Shown here: piece by piece, positions 1 to 11,983 of the stretch
Position numbering within the stretch: position 1 is the stretch's first letter
Layout: each line of letters opens with the position of its first letter
DNA from: Bacillota bacterium
GTDB lineage: Bacteria; Bacillota; Sulfobacillia; RBS10-35; JAJYVM01
Reading direction: 5' to 3'
Length of the DNA stretch: 62,345 nucleotides
Assembly: GCA_035533535.1 (NCBI GenBank)
Contig: DATLTP010000199.1
Coordinates: 1 to 62,345, forward strand
Translations under genes and position numbers: made by a program
Notes under the pieces: generated by a model
What the model saw: the letters and a program-made list of their open reading frames with translations, nothing else
Database searches by the model: none
What the model was told of the DNA's origin: nothing

Positions 1-3023
<3,023 letters not shown>

Positions 3024-3326
3024 CTAACCTCCCGCAGCTCCGTCGCCAAGGTCGTCGAGCACGCCGACTCGATGGTGGAGGGTGCCCACCGAGATCGGGG
3101 ACAGCACGATGCGGCCCGGCTTCTGGGACCGGCGCCGGCGGCGCCGGGGAGAACACAGAATGACAGACTTCACCTCGCCAGGCGCCACGTCCTCCACGCG
3201 GCCCTGGCTGCGCATGAATTCCAACAGTTCACGGGTCGGGCCGGGGTCATCGACGGTCCGGCGGTCGATGATGGCGACCAGATCGGACATCCGGACGACC
3301 ACCTCGCCGCCGGCGTGCACGAACAT
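3024..3326 (-). CDS. remB: DUF370 (RemA/RemB family) small protein
   Basis: MFVHAGGEVVVRMSDLVAIIDRRTV...IVLSPISVGTLHHRV matches the RemA/YaaB pattern. ATG at 3326. Located between recF and gyrB, as in Bacillus. Confidence 0.75.
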   Translation of the reverse strand: MFVHAGGEVVVRMSDLVAIIDRRTVDDPGPTRELLEFMRSQGRVEDVAPGEVKSVILCSPRRRRRRSQKPGRIVLSPISVGTLHHRVGVLDDLGDGAAGG

Positions 3327-3328
3327 CG

Positions 3329-3709
3329 CTACGCCCCCTCCGAATTTCCATTGTGGGCGGCGGCCGCGGTCCGCGACCGCCGCAATCCGGCAATCATCAG
3401 CGACCGCCACGCGTTGGCGAGGTCCGGGTCGCCGATGGGTGTGGCGTGCGCTTCCGCAAGCGCCCTGTCCTGCGCCCTAGCCGGCGGGAGGGCGGGCGTC
3501 ACGGTGGCGTCGTCGCCGCGGGTCTGCACGCGCGCCAGCCTGAACTGGACCGCCTTGACGGTGGCGCCCTCGGCCTGCAGCCGTTGCAGCAGCTCCGTGC
3601 GCAGGAAGGAGAGCTGGGCCGCCCAGGCGGCGTTCTCAACGCCGACCCAGAGGACGCCGTCGCGCACCTCCAGGGCCCGGCTGCGCCGGCTGAGGTCGGG
3701 CCCGGCCAC
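3329..3709 (-). CDS. DUF721 (DciA-like) protein; the conserved N-terminal part seems to extend upstream to ~3790 without a canonical start
   Basis: ...ALEVRDGVLWVGVENAAWAAQLSFLRTELLQRLQ is the DUF721 core. The in-frame upstream sequence DVLEAVIRRAGIAERLRQERAVALWSRV also looks conserved. No in-frame ATG/GTG/TTG occurs between 3709 and >3890; only CTG at 3784. Confidence 0.7.
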   Translation of the reverse strand: MAGPDLSRRSRALEVRDGVLWVGVENAAWAAQLSFLRTELLQRLQAEGATVKAVQFRLARVQTRGDDATVTPALPPARAQDRALAEAHATPIGDPDLANAWRSLMIAGLRRSRTAAAAHNGNSEGA

Positions 3710-3798
3710 CCGGCTCCAGAGGGCAACGGCCCGCTCCTGGCGGAGGCGTTCCGCGATTCCGGCTCTGCGAATTACGGCCTCCAGGACATCGGCTGCGG

Positions 3799-4872
3799 CT
3801 ACAGGGCCGGTGTCAGCCGCCCGCCGCCGACGTGGTACGTGGCCGTAGGCCGGCCTTCGGGCTCGGTGGAGGTGAGGAATGCCTGCCCATCTCCTTCCGT
3901 CAGGCGCCGGACCATGTCCCGCCTGCCGCTATCCAGCTCCGACAGCACATCGTCCAGGAGCAGGACCGGCGGGCGGCCGGTCTCGGCCTCCAGCGCGGCC
4001 CGCTCGGCCAACTTGAGCGCGAGCACGGCCGTCCGCTGTTGGCCCTGGGAGCCGTAGCCCCGCAGGGGCAGCCCGTTCACCAGGATGCTCCAATCGTCCC
4101 GGTGCGGGCCGATCAGGGTGAAGCCCCGGTCGATCTCCCGTTCGCGGCTTCCCGCGAGGGCGGCCGCGAACTCGGCCCTGAGTAGGGCGGGGTCCCGGTT
4201 TTGCGAATCGATTCCGGACACGTAGGTGCACGAAAGGCTCTCTCCGGGCGCCAGCCGCTCGTGCAGGCCCGCCGCCCTGCTTCCCAGCTCCTCCGCAATG
4301 GCGGAACGGCGCACGGTGACCGCTACGCCGTATTCTACCAGTTGTTCCTCCCACACTTCGAGCATGGCCTTGCCGGCGCGTCGCGCCTTGACCTCACGCA
4401 GCAGGGCGTTTCGCTGGGTCAGGGCCTCCTCGTACGCAGCGAGCTGGTCGGCGTGCAGTGGCCGGGCCTGCATCAGGAGACGGTCCAGGAGGCCCCGACG
4501 CCCGGAGGGGCCCCCCTTCACGAGCCACAGATCGTCTGGGGAGAAGAAAACCACGGTCAGATGGCCAAGGGCGTTCTTTGCCCTGCGCCGATCCACCGAC
4601 CAGGAGCGGCCTGCGTGCGGCCTGTAGGTCACCGCGATGGTGTGGCCGTCGTCGGTTTCCGCTGCGATGCGGAAGCCTTCGGCACCCTGCCGCACCAGGT
4701 CAGCCTCGCGCGCCGTCCGCGGCGAGCGAGCCACGGCGAGGAAATAGATCGCCTCGAGCACATTGGTCTTTCCAGCGCCGTTCGGGCCGATGAGGTGATT
4801 GCTGCCCGGCTCGAAGGTGGCATCCAGGCTCTCGTAGCACCGAAAGTCCTGGAGTTGGAGGCGGGTGATCAC
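3799..4872 (-). CDS. recF: DNA replication/repair protein RecF
   Basis: MITRLQLQDFRCYESL...LIGPNGAGKTNVLEAIYFL; C-terminal LLLDDVLSELD signature. Confidence 0.95.
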   Translation of the reverse strand: MITRLQLQDFRCYESLDATFEPGSNHLIGPNGAGKTNVLEAIYFLAVARSPRTAREADLVRQGAEGFRIAAETDDGHTIAVTYRPHAGRSWSVDRRRAKNALGHLTVVFFSPDDLWLVKGGPSGRRGLLDRLLMQARPLHADQLAAYEEALTQRNALLREVKARRAGKAMLEVWEEQLVEYGVAVTVRRSAIAEELGSRAAGLHERLAPGESLSCTYVSGIDSQNRDPALLRAEFAAALAGSREREIDRGFTLIGPHRDDWSILVNGLPLRGYGSQGQQRTAVLALKLAERAALEAETGRPPVLLLDDVLSELDSGRRDMVRRLTEGDGQAFLTSTEPEGRPTATYHVGGGRLTPAL

Positions 4873-5090
4873 TGGGCCTCGAGCTCGACGGGCTCTTTGC
4901 CGCCGACCTCGACGACGTCGCCCTCAACCAGCTTGCGCCCGCGACGGGTCTCGACGGTCCCGTTGACTTTTACCTCGCCGGTTTGGATCAGGAGCTTTGC
5001 CTGGCCCCCGGTGTCCGCCAGGTTGGCCAGTTTCATCACCGAACCCAGCTCGACAGGAAAGGCTTGGATGGCGACGCGGCGCATCGTCAT
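4869..5090 (-). CDS. yaaA: S4-domain RNA-binding protein YaaA/RlbA
   Basis: 73 aa with ...LANLADTGGQAKLLIQTGEVKVNGTVETRRGRKLVEGDVVEV. Located between dnaN and recF. Overlapping stop/start codons. Confidence 0.85.
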   Translation of the reverse strand: MTMRRVAIQAFPVELGSVMKLANLADTGGQAKLLIQTGEVKVNGTVETRRGRKLVEGDVVEVGGKEPVELEAQ

Positions 5091-6205
5091 CCGATCCTGA
5101 GGGGCATCTGCATGTACTGCAGTTTAACGTCGTCCAGGCGGCGAATCCGCGCCAGCGACTGGGGCCCGGAGAACTCCATGTTGACCTCGCCATCCCCGAT
5201 GTGGCGCAGGCCTTCCAGCAGCATCCGGGCGTTGACGGCGAACTCGACATCGGGGCCCTCGCAGCTGCCGGCGACCGATTCGTGGGCTTCGCCCACCTCA
5301 GGACTGCGGGCCCGGACCTCCACCCCCGAGGTGGTGACCACGAGGGTGATCGCGTGCAGCCGGTCCGGCGCGTCGGTCACCAGCGCCACCCGCTCGCCGG
5401 CGTCGCGCAGCTCTCCGGCGTCCACGCGCACGCTGGTCGGGAACTGCTTTGGCACCAGGTCCAGGATGGCGGGGAAGCGGCCCTCGAGCACCCTCACCGC
5501 CACCTCGACGCCGCCGGCCCGGACGAAGAAGTGGCTGTCGTGGGCGCAGAACTCCCCGTCGCCGTCCGCAGCCTCGATGGTCCGCACGATCTCGTCCACG
5601 CCCCGGCTGGGAAGGGTGATCGCGAGGCCCTGGGCCCAGTCCGAGCGCTCGCTCGTGCGGAAGTACGCCACGCGCATGCCGTCCGTCGCCACCGCCCGGT
5701 AGTCGCCCTCCAGGACGGTCAGCTCGACCCCGGTGAGGATGGGCCGGCCTCCGGCCTCGGCCGCGGCTGCAAACGCCGTGTGGCGAAGCGTGTCTCGGAG
5801 GCCGCCCTTCTGAAACGCCGTGTAGGTGGCCCCCTGCGGCGGCGAAGGGGGTTCGGGGAACTGGTCCGCACCGAAGCCGTGCAGGCGAAATTCGGAGCGG
5901 TCCCAGCGCAGCAGCGCGTCGGCTCGCTCGGGGTCGGAATAAAGCTCGACCCGCGGCGAGGGGATGCGCCGCACAATCTCGGTCAGCAGGCGTGCGGGCA
6001 CGACCACGCGGCCCGGCTCCTGAACCTCGGCCGGGATCTCAGCCCTGGACGTCAGCTCGAGATCGGTGGCCGTCAGGCGCAGGCTGCCTGCCTCCGCCTC
6101 CAGGAGCATGCCGGTGAGGACGGGCATGGTCGTGCGGCCAGGGACGGAGCGTGCAACGGTGGCGACGGTCCTTGCGAATTGAGAGGCATCGATGGCTACC
6201 CGCAC
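5087..6205 (-). CDS. dnaN: DNA polymerase III beta sliding clamp
   Basis: 372 aa. N-terminus MRVAIDASQFARTVATVARSVPGRTTMPVLTGMLLEA; C-terminus ...QYMQMPLRIG. Located downstream of dnaA. Confidence 0.95.
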   Translation of the reverse strand: MRVAIDASQFARTVATVARSVPGRTTMPVLTGMLLEAEAGSLRLTATDLELTSRAEIPAEVQEPGRVVVPARLLTEIVRRIPSPRVELYSDPERADALLRWDRSEFRLHGFGADQFPEPPSPPQGATYTAFQKGGLRDTLRHTAFAAAAEAGGRPILTGVELTVLEGDYRAVATDGMRVAYFRTSERSDWAQGLAITLPSRGVDEIVRTIEAADGDGEFCAHDSHFFVRAGGVEVAVRVLEGRFPAILDLVPKQFPTSVRVDAGELRDAGERVALVTDAPDRLHAITLVVTTSGVEVRARSPEVGEAHESVAGSCEGPDVEFAVNARMLLEGLRHIGDGEVNMEFSGPQSLARIRRLDDVKLQYMQMPLRIG

Positions 6206-6274
6206 GGGCGTTCCCCTCTTCCCTCCGGCACTCCTGGAGACTCATTTCATGAAGACCGTCGTCGTAGCAGGGCC

Positions 6275-6438
6275 TGTGGATGATGGGGACAACGCCCTGA
6301 GATCCTGCCATGGCGGGTCCGCTGCCCGTTGGCAAACCTGTGGAAAGTCCACCCGAGTTGTCCACACCATCCACAAGACCTTGGGTATAACCGTGTTTTC
6401 CACACCGAACCGACCATTCATCCCAAGGGTTGTCCACA
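6275..6438. promoter_or_regulatory. oriC part 2: DnaA-box cluster in the dnaA-dnaN spacer
   Basis: Boxes read directly: TGTGGATGA 6275..6283 and TGTGGAAAG 6339..6347 (reverse orientation); TTGTCCACA 6358..6366; CCATCCACA 6367..6375; TTTTCCACA 6396..6404; TTGTCCACA 6430..6438. Confidence 0.75.
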
Positions 6439-6456
6439 GGTTGTCCCGAATTCCCG

Positions 6457-7824
6457 TCAACCCTGGCCGCTCATGATTTTCTTGCGCAGGAGCTGGATCG
6501 TGCCACGCAGGGCCGGGTCGCGGGTGATGTCGGTGCCGATCTTCCCGTGGGCGTGGATGACGGTGGTGTGGTCCCGGCCGCCGAACTCCTCGCCGATCCG
6601 CGGCAGAGAGGAATCGGTCAGTTCGCGGCAGAGGTACATCGCAACCTGGCGCGGAAAGGCGACGGCCCGGGTGCGCTTGCGAATGGTGAAGGTCTTCATG
6701 TCCACGTCGTAGTATTCGGCGACCTTCTGCTGGATCAACCGGATGGTGATCTGCCGTGGCGCGGCCTGGGGCAGCACGTCGCGCAGCGCGTCCTGGGCGC
6801 AGTCCAAGTCGATGGAGCGCTTGTGCACCGACGCGTACGCCACGAGCCGGATCAGGGCGCCCTCCAACTCGCGGATGTTCGTCGTGATGTGCTCGGCGAT
6901 GAAACGGATCGGCTCGTCCGGCACGCGGAGGCGTTCCGTCTCCGCCTTCTTGCGCAGGATGGCAATTCGGGTCTCGAGGTCCGGGGGCTGGATGTCCGTG
7001 AGCAGGCCCCACTCGAAGCGGGACCGCAGTCGGTCCTCCAGGGTGGGAATCTCCTTGGGCGGCCGGTCAGAGCTCAGCACGATTTGGCGGGTGGCCTCGT
7101 GCAGGGCGTTGAACGTGTGGAAAAACTCTTCCTGCGTCCGCTCCTTGCCGGCAAGGATCTGCACATCGTCCACCAGGAGGACGTCCACGTTGCGGTACCG
7201 GCCGCGGAACTCAACAGTCGTGCGATCCTTGATGGCGTCGGTGATCTCGTTGACGAATGTCTCGCAGGAGACGTAGCAGATGCGGGATTTGGGTGTTCGG
7301 CCCAAAACGCGGTGGGCGATGGCCTGTAGGAGATGGGTCTTGCCGAGGCCAACGCCCCCGTAAATGAATAGCGGGTTGTACATGCGGCCGGGGGCATCGG
7401 CAACAGCCACCGCCGCGGAAAATGAGAGCTGGCTGTTGGGGGACGTGACGAACGACTCAAACGTGTATTTGGGGTTGAGTTGCGGGATGATCCCGGAAGC
7501 CGGGCCCCGCTCCGCCATCTGGACGGTGGCTGCAACAGGCGCATCGACGGGTGGAACATCATCGGGTTCCTCGGACTCGGTGACCACGAACTCGAGGCCG
7601 ATTGGCCGGCCGATGCGCGCCGAAAGACGGTCGCGCAACTGGTCCGCGCAACGGTCCTCCAGGTAGCGCCGTCCGAAGTCGCTTGGCACCGACACCAGGA
7701 GCATGTCATCGACGAAGCCCACGGGACGGCTGCGCCGAAGCCACGCCTCAAAGCCGGGGCGCGGCAGCTCCGGCTCCAGGAGAATCAGGGTGTCGGTCCA
7801 AGCTTGTTCGAGGTCGGCGTTCAT
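6457..7824 (-). CDS. dnaA: Chromosomal replication initiator DnaA
   Basis: 455 aa. Walker A NPLFIYGGVGLGKTHLLQAI, ...LLVDDVQ..., and C-terminal DNA-binding domain ...FGGRDHTTVIHA. Confidence 0.97.
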   Translation of the reverse strand: MNADLEQAWTDTLILLEPELPRPGFEAWLRRSRPVGFVDDMLLVSVPSDFGRRYLEDRCADQLRDRLSARIGRPIGLEFVVTESEEPDDVPPVDAPVAATVQMAERGPASGIIPQLNPKYTFESFVTSPNSQLSFSAAVAVADAPGRMYNPLFIYGGVGLGKTHLLQAIAHRVLGRTPKSRICYVSCETFVNEITDAIKDRTTVEFRGRYRNVDVLLVDDVQILAGKERTQEEFFHTFNALHEATRQIVLSSDRPPKEIPTLEDRLRSRFEWGLLTDIQPPDLETRIAILRKKAETERLRVPDEPIRFIAEHITTNIRELEGALIRLVAYASVHKRSIDLDCAQDALRDVLPQAAPRQITIRLIQQKVAEYYDVDMKTFTIRKRTRAVAFPRQVAMYLCRELTDSSLPRIGEEFGGRDHTTVIHAHGKIGTDITRDPALRGTIQLLRKKIMSGQG

Positions 7825-7863
7825 GGCCCCACTCCTCCGCGGTCCCCCGGCATTACGAACAGG

Positions 7864-8148
7864 TTATCCACAGATCCCAGCGCGGCCCCGGCCAGGTGTC
7901 CGGATTGCCTGCAACGACGGAAACGCCGTTGCAACCAGGTTTTTCGGAGAGGTGGCGCGGATCGGGCCCGTCTGGGACGGAATGGGATAACCGTACTTAT
8001 CCACAGCGCTGGTGCATACCGCTTCCCCCGATTTCAGCCGGCGCCCAAGCCGTTGTCGCGTGCGGGCTGGGGCGGGTCGAGGCTGCCAGGCGCTCGGGTA
8101 ATGAAGATCGCATAAAGAACCCACACCTTGCCCACACTCTTATCCACA
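7864..8148. promoter_or_regulatory. oriC part 1: DnaA boxes upstream of dnaA
   Basis: Three perfect TTATCCACA boxes at 7864..7872, 7997..8005 and 8140..8148, plus TTGCCCACA at 8128..8136. The 8100..8160 stretch is locally less GC-rich. Confidence 0.8.
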
Positions 8149-8305
8149 GCTTATGCCCAAGCGGCCGCGTCCGAGCGAGATAGTGAGAGAGAATGGGCGA
8201 TGGCCTTGCCAAGCGTGAAAACATCTTAGCAGGCCTCCCCATACGGGACAAGCACCGCTGCGGCGGGACGGGGACAGGATTCGCCAATCTTTGCCGATCC
8301 CTTCC

Positions 8306-8334
8306 TTGACACTCAGAAAGCCCGTCGCTATAAT
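8306..8334 (+). promoter_or_regulatory. Sigma-A type promoter for the rpmH operon
   Basis: TTGACA 8306..8311, 17-nt spacer, TATAAT 8329..8334, ~43 nt upstream of the rpmH GTG. Confidence 0.7.
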
Positions 8335-8376
8335 GCGGGCTGCGCTCGGGGGGTGTCCCCGGCTAGGGGGTGACCC

Positions 8377-8511
8377 GTGAAGCAGACTTTCCAACCCAAG
8401 AGGCGGAAGGCGCAGCGCACGCACGGCTTTCGCAAGCGGATGAGCACGCGCGCGGGCCGCAGGGTACTCAAATTGCGGCGCGGCCGTGGTCGGGCGCGGC
8501 TTTCCTACTAG
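8377..8511 (+). CDS. rpmH: 50S ribosomal protein L34
   Basis: Not in the ORF track (44 aa). Hand translation: [44 protein letters not shown], with TAG at 8509..8511. Confidence 0.95.
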   Translation: MKQTFQPKRRKAQRTHGFRKRMSTRAGRRVLKLRRGRGRARLSY

Positions 8512-8546
8512 GCTGCGCGGCGCGGCCTTGTTTTTGACGGACCAGC

Positions 8547-8924
8547 GTGGATCGGGGCGCGCGGATGTGGGAGCGGCTACACCGGCCAAGCGACTTTCGA
8601 GCCGTCTTCGACGGGGGCACCTCAGTGGCCAACGCCTTGGCGGCTCTTTACGTGCTGCCATCGGGGCGGTCGCGGTCCCGAATCGCGGTCGCCGCTGGCA
8701 AGCGGCTCGGTGGGGCGGTCTTGCGCAACCGGCACCGGCGCCGGTGGCGCGAGGTGCTGCGCCTGCGGGTGGCGCCGCCAGATCGACCCATCGACGCGGT
8801 TCTGGTTTCGCGGGCCCGCGCGGGCACGGCGGACTTCGCGGCCCTGGAGCGGTCCCTGCGGGATCTCCTGGAGCGCTCGGCGCGGACCGTGCCGGGATCC
8901 AGGGGTGGCAGCAGGGCGACGTGA
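8547..8924 (+). CDS. rnpA: RNase P protein component
   Basis: ...[15 protein letters not shown]...[25 protein letters not shown]. Follows rpmH. Confidence 0.9.
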   Translation: MDRGARMWERLHRPSDFRAVFDGGTSVANALAALYVLPSGRSRSRIAVAAGKRLGGAVLRNRHRRRWREVLRLRVAPPDRPIDAVLVSRARAGTADFAALERSLRDLLERSARTVPGSRGGSRAT

Positions 8925-9172
8925 CGCAGTCGCCGTCTTGGCCGGCGCGGGCCGGAATCGCCGTGATCCGGTTCTACCAGCAGTGGATCTCGCCGCTGCA
9001 CGCGCCGACGTGCCGCTTCCGCCCCACGTGCTCGGAGTACGCCGTGGAGGCGCTGCAACGGTTCGGGCTGGTCCGGGGTGGCCTGATGGCCCTTTACCGG
9101 TTGCTGCGCTGCCACCCGTTGCATCCGGGAGGCTACGATCCGGTGCCGGCGCGCCGGGCGCAAGGAGGATAA
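8921..9172 (+). CDS. yidD: Membrane protein insertion efficiency factor YidD
   Basis: ...[36 protein letters not shown]...[20 protein letters not shown] at 8921 overlaps the rnpA stop (GTGA). Confidence 0.9.
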   Translation: MTQSPSWPARAGIAVIRFYQQWISPLHAPTCRFRPTCSEYAVEALQRFGLVRGGLMALYRLLRCHPLHPGGYDPVPARRAQGG

Positions 9173-9176
9173 GCGA

Positions 9177-9830
9177 TTGGCCGCTTGGACGGCTCTGCTG
9201 AACGCCTTCACGGCCTGGATCGAATGGACCCACGGCCTGGTCGGCAGTTACGGCCTCGCCATCGTCATCGTAACGATCATCATCCGGGCCGCGCTCTGGC
9301 CCCTCACGCAGGCGCAGGTGCGCTCGATGCGCCGCATGCAGGAACTGCAGCCTGAAGTGCAGCGGCTGCAGACGAAGTTCAAGGGCGACCGCGAGCGGCT
9401 GAATCAGGAGACGATGCGCCTCTGGCGCGAGAATCACGTCAACCCGACGTCGGGGTGCCTGCCCATGATTCTGCAGTTGCCCATTCTCTGGGCGATCTAC
9501 CGCGTGCTGGAGGGCTTCCACTACACCGGGCCGACGGGATTCCTCTGGCTCAAGAGCCTGAGCGTGCAGGATCCAACGTTCGTGCTGCCGATCGTGGGTG
9601 GCCTGACGACGTATTGGCAGACCCGGATCTCCACGGTTCAGCAGAATAATCCGCAGGGCCAGATGATGACCTACATCATGCCCCTCTTCATCGCCTACAT
9701 TTTCTGGCGACTGCCGGCCGGCGTCGCTGTCTACTGGGTGATCAGCAACCTCTTCTCGGTGGCGCAGCAGTACGCCGTGGGCGGGCCGCCGCGGCCGCGC
9801 GGCGCCACGCCTGGGGGTGCGACTCGGTGA
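9177..9830 (+). CDS. yidC: YidC/Oxa1/SpoIIIJ membrane insertase
   Basis: ...GLAIVIVTIIIRAALWPLTQAQVRSMRRMQELQPEVQRLQTKFKGD...NPTSGCLPMILQLPILWAIY. Confidence 0.92.
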   Translation: MAAWTALLNAFTAWIEWTHGLVGSYGLAIVIVTIIIRAALWPLTQAQVRSMRRMQELQPEVQRLQTKFKGDRERLNQETMRLWRENHVNPTSGCLPMILQLPILWAIYRVLEGFHYTGPTGFLWLKSLSVQDPTFVLPIVGGLTTYWQTRISTVQQNNPQGQMMTYIMPLFIAYIFWRLPAGVAVYWVISNLFSVAQQYAVGGPPRPRGATPGGATR

Positions 9831-10459
9831 ACGAGGCGAGCAAGCATGGCCGGACGGTTGAAGAGGCCGTCGAAGCGGCCCTCCGGGAGCTCGGCGCCGA
9901 ACGGGACATGGTTGAGGTCGAGGTGCTTGAAGGCGGCTCACGGGGGCTCTTTGGGTTGATCGGCGGCCTTCCCGCCCACGTGCGAGTCCGGGTCACGGCG
10001 GGCAAGGACCGCTTCGCCGCCGACTTTCTCTCGCGCCTGACCGCGCTATTGGACATTGATGCGGACGTCAAGGTCCAAGGCGACGCGGAGTCCGTCCAGG
10101 CCCAGATCAAGGGCGAGGGCGTCGCGGTGCTGATCGGCAACCACGGCCAGACCCTCGATGCGCTGCAGGTGGTGACGGACGCGGCCGTCTCGCGGCGGAC
10201 GGAGGACCGGCGCCGGCTGCAGGTCGACGTGGAAGGCTACCGCGAGCGGCGGCGCCGGGCGGTCGAAGACCTGGCCCGCAGAGCCGCACAGCAGGCTCGG
10301 CGGACGGGGCGGCCGATCGAACTGGAAGCCATGCCCGCGTACGAACGCCGGTTCGTCCATCTGGCGGTGCAGGACGTGGCCGAAGTGGAGACCTCAAGCA
10401 CGGGCGAGGAGCCCAACCGCAGGGTGGTTATCCGGCCGAAGGACGAAGGGCAAGCCTGA
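9827..10459 (+). CDS. jag: Jag/KhpB RNA-binding protein (Jag_N, KH, R3H)
   Basis: ...GRTVEEAVEAALRELG...; C-terminal ...MPAYERRFVHLAVQD...STGEEPNRRVVIRP. Follows yidC. Confidence 0.9.
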   Translation: MNEASKHGRTVEEAVEAALRELGAERDMVEVEVLEGGSRGLFGLIGGLPAHVRVRVTAGKDRFAADFLSRLTALLDIDADVKVQGDAESVQAQIKGEGVAVLIGNHGQTLDALQVVTDAAVSRRTEDRRRLQVDVEGYRERRRRAVEDLARRAAQQARRTGRPIELEAMPAYERRFVHLAVQDVAEVETSSTGEEPNRRVVIRPKDEGQA

Positions 10460-10488
10460 GGCCACTCCATCCGCGCCAAGTCGCCTGG

Positions 10489-11076
10489 ATGCGGGCGGTG
10501 CTCCAGGCCAACTCGCGAATGAATCTGACGGCCATCACGGACGAGGATGCCTTCATCCGTGACCACATCCTCGACTCGTTGGCAGTTCTGCCGTGGCTCC
10601 CGGAGACGGGGAGCGTGGTGGACGTGGGCAGCGGTGCCGGGTTTCCCGGCGTGCCGATAGCCATTGCGAGGCCGGCTCTACAAGTCACCCTCCTGGAGTC
10701 CAGCCAGCGCAAAGCCAAGTTTCTGGAGACGTCGGGACTTCCCGTGGTGTGGGCCCGGGCCGAGGACTGCGGCCGCGGCGACGGGCGCGATGCGTTCGAC
10801 GTGGCCGTCACGCGCGCGGTGGCGCCGCTTGCCGTCGTGTTGGAACTGGTGTTGCCCCTGGTGCGGCTGGGAGGCCAGGCCGTACTGTGGCTGGGCAGAG
10901 AGGCGCTTGACGAGGAGGCGACGGCCACGCGCGTGTGCGCCCTTCTGGGGGCGAGGTCGGCGCGGGTTGTGCCCAGCGCGTCGCAGGGCCGCAGATTCCT
11001 GATTGTCGACAAGGTCGAGAGCTGTCCCGAGAGATTCCCGCGGCGGCCAGGCGTCGCGGCGCGTCGACCGTTGTAG
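10489..11076 (+). CDS. rsmG: 16S rRNA (guanine527-N7)-methyltransferase RsmG/GidB
   Basis: ...NLTAITDEDAFIRDHILDSL...VVDVGSGAGFPGVPIAI...TLLESSQRKAKFL. The start may lie a little upstream. Confidence 0.9.
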   Translation: MRAVLQANSRMNLTAITDEDAFIRDHILDSLAVLPWLPETGSVVDVGSGAGFPGVPIAIARPALQVTLLESSQRKAKFLETSGLPVVWARAEDCGRGDGRDAFDVAVTRAVAPLAVVLELVLPLVRLGGQAVLWLGREALDEEATATRVCALLGARSARVVPSASQGRRFLIVDKVESCPERFPRRPGVAARRPL

Positions 11077-11119
11077 GGTTTTGGGCAGGACTGGTGTCCG
11101 CCCTGCCGAAGATCGCCTG

Positions 11120-11983
11120 ATGGCGGGGGGTAGCGGCGTGGCCACAAGCGAGCCTGAGCCGGGACAGGGGGCGCCGCGGATTCCTTCCGCGGCGCCCCCG
11201 AACGTGCGGTGGATCCCGGTCGGCGCCATCGTGCCGGGTCCCTATCAGCCGCGGCACGAGCCGGCCCCGGAAGAGCTGCATGCCCTCGCCGAGTCGATCC
11301 GGACGCATGGCATCATCGAGCCGCTGGTCACGCGGCCGGTGGGCGCCGGCTTCGAGCTGATCGTGGGCGAGCGGCGCTGGCGGGCCGCCCAACTCGTGGG
11401 CCTGAGCCATGTGCCGGCCGTGGTGCGGGAGACCTCCGACCGCGAGGCGGCGGTCTGGGCCCTTGTCGAAAACCTGCAGCGCTCCGATCTCCATTTCTTC
11501 GAGGAGGCGGAGGGATACCGGCGCCTGCTTGATGAATTCAGGCTTACCCAGGCCGACCTGGCGCGCCAGGTCGGCCGGACGCAGCCCGCGGTCGCCAACA
11601 AACTGCGCCTGCTGCAGTTGGAGGACGACGTGCGGGCGCGCATCGAGCGGGACGCGCACCTGAGCGAGCGGCACGCCCGGGTTCTGTTGCGGCTGCCGGA
11701 CGCCGAGACCCGCCGCAAGGCGGTGGACGTCTTTTCGGCGGGTGCCATGTCCGTGCGGGGTGCCGAGGCCTGGGTCGACCGGCAGCTGCGCGAGCAGTCC
11801 CGCCCGCGGCGGCGGGTTGTGCGGGTGGTCCGTGACCTGCGGATCTTCCTGAACGCCTTCCGCCAGGCGGCCGGCGCCCTGCGCGAGGCCGGGTTCCGCG
11901 TCGATCTGGCCGAGGAGGACCGGGGCGATGTTTGGGAGATCACGGTCCGCATCGGCAAGACCCCTTCCGGCAAGTCAGGCTGA
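11120..11983 (+). CDS. ParB-family protein in the Noc position (nucleoid occlusion protein-like)
   Basis: ...IEPLVTRPVGAGFELIVGERRWRAAQLVGLSHVPAVVRE...ALVENLQRSDLHFFEEAEGY...GRTQPAVANKLRLLQL. Located between rsmG and soj. ATG at 11120 chosen so that it lies after the rsmG stop. Confidence 0.8.
   Translation: MAGGSGVATSEPEPGQGAPRIPSAAPPNVRWIPVGAIVPGPYQPRHEPAPEELHALAESIRTHGIIEPLVTRPVGAGFELIVGERRWRAAQLVGLSHVPAVVRETSDREAAVWALVENLQRSDLHFFEEAEGYRRLLDEFRLTQADLARQVGRTQPAVANKLRLLQLEDDVRARIERDAHLSERHARVLLRLPDAETRRKAVDVFSAGAMSVRGAEAWVDRQLREQSRPRRRVVRVVRDLRIFLNAFRQAAGALREAGFRVDLAEEDRGDVWEITVRIGKTPSGKSG

Noticed and set aside
6240-6275. Possible DnaA-trio array (GTCGTCGTAGCA) beside the DnaA box at 6275.
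   Set aside because: The middle positions are mostly C rather than the conserved A of the trio motif. I cannot support the call by eye.
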